Part shown: positions 1 to 7,090 of the stretch, one piece after another
How positions within the stretch are numbered: position 1 is the first letter of the stretch
Layout of the letters: each line of letters opens with the position of its first letter
Sequence record: DRR723986_1354
Length of the DNA: 45,884 nt
Reading direction: 5' to 3' (one strand)
Made by a program: the position numbers and the translations under genes
Notes under the pieces: model-generated
What the model saw: only the letters and a program-made list of their open reading frames with translations
Databases searched by the model: none
What the model was told of the DNA's origin: nothing

Positions 1-1
1 T

Positions 2-1999
2 CGCCCGGCCAGCTTCTCGTTCATCGAGGTCGACGGCACCGTCGCCAACCTGACCTATCAGGGCAACGACGGGGCCTCCTGCCGCGCGCCCGGGCCCTTC
101 GTCTCGACGGTCTTTGCCGAAGGGTCGATTTCCGGCACCCTCTACGAGGACGCCAACGGCAATGGCGGGCGTGACCCGGGCGAGGCCACCCTGCCCGCCG
201 GGATCACGGTGCAGCTGTTCGATGACAACGGCACGCCGGGGGACCTTTCCGACGACAGCCTTGCGGCCAGCGTCGAGACCCGGGCGGATGGCAGCTATGT
301 CTTCGATCAGGTCGACGCGACGCGCACATGGCGGATCGAGGTCGACCAGACCGACCCGGACATTCCCGCGACGCTCGTGGTCTCGACGACGAGCCCGATC
401 ACCGGCGTCACCGTCACCCAGGGCGCAGAGACGACCGATCAGGACTTCGGCTTCAGCGCCGGATCGCCCGAGGCCGACCTCTCGCTGACCAAGCAGGCCT
501 TCGACGCCACCGGCACGCCCATCGGGCTGGCCCCCGCCGGCACCGAGATCGACTTCGTCCTGAGCGTCACCAACGACGGGCCCTTCCCCGCCACGGGCGT
601 GCGGGTGCGCGACCGGATCCCCACGGGCTTCACCTATGTCTCCGACGATGCGGCGGCGCAGGGGGGCAGCTATGACGCGGGCACCGGCGTCTGGGTGGTG
701 GGCGACGTGGCCAATGGCGCGACCCGGACGCTGACCATCCGCGTCACCATGAACGCCGCCGGCGATCACACCAACGCCGCCGAGATCATCGCCTCGGACC
801 AGCCCGACCCCGACAGCGACCCCTCGACCGGCGCGCTGACGGACGACCTTGGCGACGGGGTGGCCGACGATGACGAGGCCAGCGCCACCGTGGTCTTCGA
901 CGGCACGGGCGCGACGCTTGCGGGGGTCGTCTTCCTCGATCACGGCGGCGGCGGCACCGGTACGGCCTATGACGGCGTGCAGGACGCGGACGAACCGGGC
1001 ACCGGGGCCGCCATCATCGAGGTCTTCGACAGCACCGGCGCGCTGGTGGGCAGCCCCGTGGTGGCCGCCGACGGACGCTGGTCGCTGACCCTGCCCGAAG
1101 GCTATCTGGATCGGGTGACCATCACGGTCACGCCCTCCAACGCCTACCGGGTGGTGTCCGAGGATCCGCGGACCCCGCCGGGCCTGTCCAACCCCGACCC
1201 GCGCGACGGCAGCTACAGCTTCCAGCCCGGACAGGGGGCGGATTACACCGACCTGCGCTTTGGCCTGATCCAGGACGCGCGCCTGACCGAAAGCCAGCAG
1301 GCCGCGATCCGGGCCGGTCAGGTGGTCGCGCTGCGTCACGACTATGTCGCGAATGCCGAGGGCACGGTGCAGTTCTCGACCGCGCTGATCGAGGAAAGCG
1401 TCTCCGGGCAGTTCGCGGTCGCCCTGTTCCTCGATCCCGCCTGCGACGGCACGCCCGTCACGGCGGTGGACGGGCCGGAGACCGTCGCGGCGGGCACGCG
1501 GATCTGCCTCGTGGCGCGCGTCACCGCCTCTGCGGCGGCGGCTCCGGGATCGACGATCGCCTTCGATCTGCTGGCGCAGACGACCTACGGGAGCAGCGGC
1601 CTGACCCAAGATCTGAGCAACACGGACGTGGTCCGGGTGGAAGGCTCGGACGGGCGGCTGGAACTGCGCAAGACCGTGCGCAACCTGACACAGGGCACGC
1701 CCGAAGGGGTCAGCAACGGCGCCGCGCTGGGGGACGTGCTGGAATACCGGATCTATCTGGAAAACCCCGGCAGCCTGTCGGCCACCCAGATCGTCATCCA
1801 CGACCGCACGCCGCCCTACACGCAGCTGGCCGAACCCGTGCCCAGCCCCGTCTCGGTCAGCCCGGACGTCGATTGCACCCTCGCGGAGCCGGCCTCGAAC
1901 ACCGTGGGCTATGCCGGATCGCTGCGCTGGGAATGCACGGGCACCCATGCGCCGGGCGCGACCGGGTCGGTCGCCTTCCGGGTCACGATCGCGCCTTAG
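2..1999 (+). CDS. C-terminal part of a large secreted DUF11/SdrD-B-like repeat protein (5' end outside window); candidate fibre tip/adhesin subunit
   Basis: Frame is open from nt 2 (RPASFSFIEV...GSISGTLYEDANGNGGRDPGE, SdrD-B-like). It has a complete DUF11 (ADLSLTK..VTNDGP..VRDRIP..HTNAAEI) and a terminal truncated DUF11 ending VAFRVTIAP*. Confidence 0.85.
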   Translation, partial: RPASFSFIEVDGTVANLTYQGNDGASCRAPGPFVSTVFAEGSISGTLYEDANGNGGRDPGEATLPAGITVQLFDDNGTPGDLSDDSLAASVETRADGSYVFDQVDATRTWRIEVDQTDPDIPATLVVSTTSPITGVTVTQGAETTDQDFGFSAGSPEADLSLTKQAFDATGTPIGLAPAGTEIDFVLSVTNDGPFPATGVRVRDRIPTGFTYVSDDAAAQGGSYDAGTGVWVVGDVANGATRTLTIRVTMNAAGDHTNAAEIIASDQPDPDSDPSTGALTDDLGDGVADDDEASATVVFDGTGATLAGVVFLDHGGGGTGTAYDGVQDADEPGTGAAIIEVFDSTGALVGSPVVAADGRWSLTLPEGYLDRVTITVTPSNAYRVVSEDPRTPPGLSNPDPRDGSYSFQPGQGADYTDLRFGLIQDARLTESQQAAIRAGQVVALRHDYVANAEGTVQFSTALIEESVSGQFAVALFLDPACDGTPVTAVDGPETVAAGTRICLVARVTASAAAAPGSTIAFDLLAQTTYGSSGLTQDLSNTDVVRVEGSDGRLELRKTVRNLTQGTPEGVSNGAALGDVLEYRIYLENPGSLSATQIVIHDRTPPYTQLAEPVPSPVSVSPDVDCTLAEPASNTVGYAGSLRWECTGTHAPGATGSVAFRVTIAP

Positions 2000-2021
2000 G
2001 CCGGGCATCATCGCTGACACG

Positions 2022-2051
2022 AGGGGCCGCTTCGTCCGAGGCGGCCCCTTT
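2022..2051 (+). terminator. Probable intrinsic terminator after the DUF11 gene
   Basis: AGGGGCCGC-ttcgtccgag-GCGGCCCCT followed by TT, about 20 nt after the stop codon. Confidence 0.6.
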
Positions 2052-2231
2052 CGCTTGCGCAGGGTGCCGGGGGTGGGCGCCCGGCCGGAGCGCCTTGGTC
2101 AGGAACCGTAGGCCGGGCTTTATTGCAGCCGCACGGGGTCGCTCCGTCCGGGGGTGACGCCTTTCGCTTGTTCAGGGTCCCGACAGGGGCCGCCCTGCGC
2201 GCGCGCCCCGACCCGGGAACCGTGCAGGGCA

Positions 2232-2263
2232 GAAAAAAACCGCCCTTCCCGAGGGAAGGGCGG
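2232..2263 (-). terminator. Intrinsic terminator on the minus strand (kinase transcript and/or sRNA)
   Basis: Minus strand reads CCGCCCTTCCC-tc-GGGAAGGGCGG-TTTTTTT. Confidence 0.85.
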
Positions 2264-2420
2264 CCGGGGTCAGCGGTCCGTGAGTGGTGGCCTGAAGGGA
2301 GGGGGACAAACCCTTTCCACAACGGGAGGGGTCGGTCCGGCGGCCATCGCTGTACCCCGCAGGTAGGAGGGCATCGAAGCCCTCAGGGGGTACAGACACC
2401 CTACCGTTCAAGGGTGTCGC
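2232..2420 (-). ncRNA. Candidate structured small RNA or 3'UTR-derived RNA with CCCCUCCC motifs
   Basis: Consecutive hairpins at 2395-2418, 2350-2395 and about 2264-2340, two CCCCTCCC anti-SD-like motifs, then a strong terminator. No credible ORF. Family not recognised. Confidence 0.45.
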
Positions 2421-2447
2421 GGCGGCGGGCCATAAAGTTCAGGGTGA

Positions 2448-5054
2448 CTAGTCTTTCGTACAGGAGGGTATCCCTTGAGCGACCCGCGCCTCCCAAGCCT
2501 CGCGGGTGGCGGCGAAGGCCGCAGGGGCGTCGGCGATCAGGGCCTCGGCCTGCGCGGTCCTGCCCCCCTTGCAGGCCTGTTCGATATCCTTAAACAAAAG
2601 CCGCATCCGCTGCGCGCCCATCATCCCGCACATGCCCGAGAGGGCGTGCGCCCCCTCTTCCATGGCAGCCCGATGCCCCTGCGCGGCGGCAGTCTCGAGC
2701 TGCTGGATCTGGCGGTCGGCATCCCCGCAGAAGGCCTCGTACCGCTCTTGCAGCTGCTCTGGCCCCAGCAGGTCCTCGAGGTCGGATATCTGCTCTTCGT
2801 CCAGCAGGGAGACCGCGCTCCCCGCCTCTCCGGGCCGGTCTTCGGGCGTTTCGGGGGCATCGTGGTCCTTGACCAGACAGGTCCACAAGGCGTGCCGGCT
2901 GACCGGCTTGAGGAGAAGGCCGTTCATCCCGGCCTCGCGGAAGACTTCCTGCTCCTGCGGGAGCGCATGGGCCGTGAAGGCGAGGATCGGCGTGTCCCTG
3001 TTCGGGCCCTTGTTCTGGCGGATCGTCCGGGTGGCCTGCGTGCCGCTGATCCCGGGCATGGAAATATCCATCAGGATCAGGTCGAAGGGCTGCTTGGCGG
3101 TCAGGTCGATGGCGGCCTGCCCACCGTCCGCCAGCGTGACCACCTGCCCGAACATCTCGAGCATCTTGCGCAGAAGATCGCGGTTGATGGCGTTGTCATC
3201 CACCACGAGGACCCGCTTGGGCGTCATGTCCGGTCGGGCCGCGGCGCTGCGATGCGCGCTGTCCGGGCTGGCGTCGGAGGTTTCGTGCGTCGGCAGTTCG
3301 ACGATGAAGGTCGTGCCCTCGCCAATCTCCGAGTCACAGCGGATGGTGCCCTTCAGGCGTGTGGTAAAGCGGCGCACGATGCCCAGACCCAGACCCGTGC
3401 CGCCCGTGCGCCGTTCATACCGGCTGTCGAGAGAGACGAAATCCTCGAAGATCCGCGTCTGGTCCTTGGGGGAAATGCCGATCCCGGTATCGGCGACCTC
3501 GAAGACGAGCCTTCCCGGCCGGTGTCCGTCCTCCGACGGCGTGTAATGCGCAAACAGCGAGACCGCCCCCTTGGGCGAGAACTTGATGGCATTGCTCAAC
3601 AGGTTGGTGAGGATCTGCTGCAGCGCCCGCGGCACCGTCATCAGCATCCGCCCCTCCAGACCCTTGGTCTGCAGATCCAGAGCAACGCCCACCGCCGCCG
3701 CCTGAGCCTGCATCATGCCGACCATGCTGGCGCAAAGCGCCCCGACATCGCAGGGCGTGCTCGTCAGATCCTCGTCGCTCTCGCTGCGCTCGATGGCCAG
3801 AACGTCGTTGATGTGCGACATCAGGATATCGCCCGAAAACAGCGCCGTCCGAAGGTAGCCGAGCTGTTCCTCGTCGAGCGGGCTTTCCTCGAGAAGGTAG
3901 AGCGCGGACAGCACCCCGTTCAGGGGGGTGCGCATCTCGTGGCTCATCATGGCAAAGTAGCGCGAACGCTCTCGGTAGGCCTGCACCGCCGCATCGCGCG
4001 CCTGCAGGATCTCGGCCTCGTAGCGCTTTTCCATGGTGACATCCCGGATGTACGAGATGACGATCGGCTTGTCGTCGGTCTGTGCGGTCGAAGAGGTGAA
4101 CTGCACCGGAAATTCGGTGCCATCGGCCCGCATCAGAACCATTTCCTGCGGACCGCGATCTATGATCGACGTCCCTCCGGTCTCGCGGTAGCGCCTGAGG
4201 CCGTCGGCCGCCTGACTGCGGGTGGCTTCGGGCACCAGAAGCGTGACGCTGTCCCTGCCCAGCACCTCCTGCGCCTTGTGGCCGAACATGGTTTCGGCGG
4301 AGCCGTTGAAGTCGACCACCCGCCCGGCGCTATCCGTCACCACGATCGCATCGAGCGACCCGTTCAGGATGACCTCCAGCTGTTGCTGCTTTTCGTTGGT
4401 GAGGATCGACGCCCGGTGCAACAGGACTGTGCGTCGGATCAGGAAGCCGATCGCCAGCACGAGGACAAGCGTGGTGAGCACGATCGTGCCCAGCATCACC
4501 TCGAGCAGCCATGCGATCCGCTCCCGCTCCGCCGCCCGGTCCTCTGCCACGCCCCGGATCGACCCGAGGGCGATGATGCGGGGCGATTGCTCGTGCTCGC
4601 GGATCATGGCCGCCACCTGGTCCAGCCCGGCGGTCAGCGTCGCGTCGGAGGCGTCGATCAGGGGGATCAACGCGTCCAGACCCTGACGAAGCGCCGTCAA
4701 TCTCGACAGGGCCTCCGGATCCAGCGTGTCTTCCGCGATCAGCGGAACGCGGCTGTAGAAGACGTCAAAGCGCTCTCGGAGGCGGTCGAGTTCGGACTCC
4801 CCGGGGGCGCGTTCGGCGACAGCCGCGGCGGCGGACAGCTTGAGGAATTCCACCTCGAGCTGCACGGCCCGCCACTGCGCCTGATCCTGCTGGGCCACAC
4901 CCAGATCCCGGACATACCCGCGCACGGAAAAGAACAGGCTGATGGCCAGAGCCAGGGCCAGTGCCGCAACCAGCGTCAGGGCGACCTGACCCTTGTAGGG
5001 TATGCGTCCTGCCGCTGTTTTCGCCATCCTTCCCCTTCCGAGGCCTGATGTCAT
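2448..5054 (-). CDS. Hybrid sensor histidine kinase (2 TM, PAS, HisKA, HATPase, REC, HPt)
   Basis: H-box SHEMRTPLNG, N-box NLLSNAIKF, G-boxes DTGIG and GGTGLGL, REC DLILMDISMPG, HPt AHALSGMCG. Start overlaps the upstream stop (ATGA); an alternative start is at 5027. Confidence 0.93.
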   Translation of the reverse strand: MTSGLGRGRMAKTAAGRIPYKGQVALTLVAALALALAISLFFSVRGYVRDLGVAQQDQAQWRAVQLEVEFLKLSAAAAVAERAPGESELDRLRERFDVFYSRVPLIAEDTLDPEALSRLTALRQGLDALIPLIDASDATLTAGLDQVAAMIREHEQSPRIIALGSIRGVAEDRAAERERIAWLLEVMLGTIVLTTLVLVLAIGFLIRRTVLLHRASILTNEKQQQLEVILNGSLDAIVVTDSAGRVVDFNGSAETMFGHKAQEVLGRDSVTLLVPEATRSQAADGLRRYRETGGTSIIDRGPQEMVLMRADGTEFPVQFTSSTAQTDDKPIVISYIRDVTMEKRYEAEILQARDAAVQAYRERSRYFAMMSHEMRTPLNGVLSALYLLEESPLDEEQLGYLRTALFSGDILMSHINDVLAIERSESDEDLTSTPCDVGALCASMVGMMQAQAAAVGVALDLQTKGLEGRMLMTVPRALQQILTNLLSNAIKFSPKGAVSLFAHYTPSEDGHRPGRLVFEVADTGIGISPKDQTRIFEDFVSLDSRYERRTGGTGLGLGIVRRFTTRLKGTIRCDSEIGEGTTFIVELPTHETSDASPDSAHRSAAARPDMTPKRVLVVDDNAINRDLLRKMLEMFGQVVTLADGGQAAIDLTAKQPFDLILMDISMPGISGTQATRTIRQNKGPNRDTPILAFTAHALPQEQEVFREAGMNGLLLKPVSRHALWTCLVKDHDAPETPEDRPGEAGSAVSLLDEEQISDLEDLLGPEQLQERYEAFCGDADRQIQQLETAAAQGHRAAMEEGAHALSGMCGMMGAQRMRLLFKDIEQACKGGRTAQAEALIADAPAAFAATREAWEARVAQGIPSCTKD

Positions 5055-5527
5055 TCCTTGGCGCTCAGACGATCCATTTGCCAGATCGAACGGGAATAGA
5101 CAACTTCGGTCTGGAACGCCGGGTCGCTGTCATAGGGATAGATCAGCCACAACGGACCCTTGTCGCGGCGCGACATCGGCTCACCGTTCTGGTGATAGGC
5201 CACCAGCGGGGCCTCTGCGGTGATCTCGTCCAGAGGGATCTCTACGGCGTAATCGTTGATCGCCTGCGCGACGATCACCTCGGCCGAAATGTCGAGGGTC
5301 TCGATCAGGGAAGCCAGCGGCACGCCTTCGAAGGTCTGCGGCCCGTCCGTCCAGATCGTGCTGGTGGTGATCGTGCGGCTGTCTGCCATGGCCTTGAGGT
5401 CTTCGATCGTCAGCCGGGTGGGGACGTCCGTCTGGATGACCGTCAGGACCGTGTCGTCCTGAGCCTGCACGGCCAGCGGGGCAAGAGCCATCGCAGCGGC
5501 GCAGAGAATATGAGAGAACGGGCGCAT
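5051..5527 (-). CDS. Periplasmic molybdopterin-oxidoreductase-fold protein (COG3915-like), probable accessory sensor of the kinase
   Basis: GGAG RBS before ATG 5527. Signal peptide ends AVQA|QD. Motifs T.TIWTDG..FEGVPL, AINDY, NGEPMSRRDKGPLWLIYP, SRSIWQ. Confidence 0.75.
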   Translation of the reverse strand: MRPFSHILCAAAMALAPLAVQAQDDTVLTVIQTDVPTRLTIEDLKAMADSRTITTSTIWTDGPQTFEGVPLASLIETLDISAEVIVAQAINDYAVEIPLDEITAEAPLVAYHQNGEPMSRRDKGPLWLIYPYDSDPAFQTEVVYSRSIWQMDRLSAKE

Positions 5528-5610
5528 CAGTTTCTCCATTGTCGAAGTTGCATACGACGCGATACTAAAGAACAAGGGCGGGACTGGCCCATGGGATTAC
5601 GGCTAGCCCG

Positions 5611-5626
5611 GTATACGAAAGGCTAA
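5611..5626 (+). promoter_or_regulatory. Putative response-regulator operator box GTATAC-GAAA-GGCTAA
   Basis: Lies in the divergent promoter region; similar boxes at 6372-6387 (+), 2448-2463 (-) and 15731-15746 (+). Confidence 0.4.
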
Positions 5627-5678
5627 GAATCCGGTTCGAGCCGGTTCTGGCGTCAGGCACGAAGAAAGCAGGTGCACG

Positions 5679-6299
5679 ATGGCCCTCAGAGTTCTGATCG
5701 CAGACGATCATGACATGGTACGCGACACGTTCACCATGTACCTCGAAACCAGCGGCACGGCGCAGGCGATCACGGCAGGCTCCCTCGACGAGGCGGTGAA
5801 GCTCATGCAGAAGAGCGGCCCGTTCGATCTGGTCCTGCTGGATTACACCATGCCGGGGATGAAGGGGCTGGAGGGCCTCAAACAAGCCCTGTCGATCAGC
5901 GGCGGCACGCCCGTGGGCATCGTCTCGGGCACCGGAACGCGGCTTATCGCGCAGCAGGCGCTGGATATGGGGGCGGCGGGGTTCCTGCCGAAATCCATGC
6001 CCGCCAAGACCTTGGTGAACGCGGTCCGCTTCATGGCCATGGGCGAGATCTACGCCCCCGTGGATTTCATGTCCGGCAAGTCCGACCCCGAAGAGACGGA
6101 CTTCGAGAAGGACCTGTCAGAGCGGGAAAAGCAGGTGTTGCGCGGGCTCATGACGGCGAAGTCCAACAAGGAAATCGCCCTCGACCTCGAGCTTCAGGAG
6201 GTCACGATCAAGCTGCACGTCAAGACACTGTGCCGCAAGATCGGCGCAAAGAACCGCACCGATGCCGCCATGATCGCCCGGGACGCGGGCTTCGTCTGA
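5679..6299 (+). CDS. NarL/LuxR-family response regulator
   Basis: REC domain (IADDH, DLVLLDYTMPG, GFLPK) plus LuxR HTH (LSEREKQVL..SNKEIALDLELQEVTIKLHV). Confidence 0.95.
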   Translation: MALRVLIADDHDMVRDTFTMYLETSGTAQAITAGSLDEAVKLMQKSGPFDLVLLDYTMPGMKGLEGLKQALSISGGTPVGIVSGTGTRLIAQQALDMGAAGFLPKSMPAKTLVNAVRFMAMGEIYAPVDFMSGKSDPEETDFEKDLSEREKQVLRGLMTAKSNKEIALDLELQEVTIKLHVKTLCRKIGAKNRTDAAMIARDAGFV

Positions 6300-6371
6300 C
6301 GGCCCCCGGGTCCGTACAGCCCCCATTGTGGCGCGGAGGGCGTGCAGCGCACCTCCAACCCGGTACATCGC

Positions 6372-6387
6372 CTATACCGAGGGCTAT
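6372..6387 (+). promoter_or_regulatory. Putative response-regulator operator box CTATAC-CGAG-GGCTAT upstream of the DUF11 operon
   Basis: Matches the box at 5611; lies in an AT-richer intergenic region about 140 nt before the 6530 start. Confidence 0.4.
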
Positions 6388-6529
6388 AAGACTAACTTTG
6401 CGGAACGTTAATTAACCCTTCGCCACCCCACCCTTTTCCCTTTTTCCGGGCATCCCGGAGAGGCGTCGCAGGCTTTGCCCCGTCGCGCCTCAACCGCCGG
6501 ACCAGCCCCGGCTTCAAAGGGAAAAGCAA

Positions 6530-7042
6530 ATGTCATACTCCATCGCCAGCGTCAGCAAGGCCGTGGTCGCCGGTCTGAGCCTCAGCTTGGCCGCGACCGC
6601 GGTCTCGGCAGACGCGCTCGAAAGCACCTTCTCCTTCCGCATCGTCGAAGCCGACGCCGCAGGCGTGGAAACGCTGGTCGAGCGCAGCTCGGTCAAGCCC
6701 GGCGAAGTCATTCACTACGAGCTTCGCCACGAGAACAAGACCCAAGAGGACATGGCCGGTCTGGTCATCGCCGCCCCCGTCCCCGCCGGTGTGACCATCA
6801 CGCTGGGCGGCGAGGCAAGCTCTGTCCCGGCCGTCTTCGAGGTGCAGGCAGAGATGGACCCCGACTCCGAGGGGCTGGAATGGTCGACGCTTCCGGCCGT
6901 TCGCAAGGTCGCCGACGCGAATGGCGACCTCGTCGAGGAACCGCTGCCGGCAGACGAGATCGTCGCCGTCCGCTGGAGCCTGTCGGACGCGCTCGAGGCC
7001 GGTGACGCCGCCCTCAATTCCTATCGCGTCCGCGTGAACTAA
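6530..7042 (+). CDS. Small secreted single truncated-DUF11-like protein; candidate chaperone/cap
   Basis: Signal peptide ends AVSA|D. Core VKPGEVIHYELRHEN..LVIAAPVPAG..VRWSL..LEAG...SYRVRVN*. It lacks the canonical Lys and Asp and the terminal hairpin. Confidence 0.8.
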   Translation: MSYSIASVSKAVVAGLSLSLAATAVSADALESTFSFRIVEADAAGVETLVERSSVKPGEVIHYELRHENKTQEDMAGLVIAAPVPAGVTITLGGEASSVPAVFEVQAEMDPDSEGLEWSTLPAVRKVADANGDLVEEPLPADEIVAVRWSLSDALEAGDAALNSYRVRVN

Positions 7043-7090
7043 GCCGGGCCTCGGCCCTGATCCAACCATCCTACATCCGGGAAAATCCTT

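Noticed and set aside
6402-6420. GTTAATTAAC palindrome as a CtrA site, and the adjacent GGAAC as an EcfG -35 element
   Set aside because: It lacks the TTAA-N7-TTAA spacing, and there is no CGTT-like -10 element at the right distance. It may still be part of the promoter.
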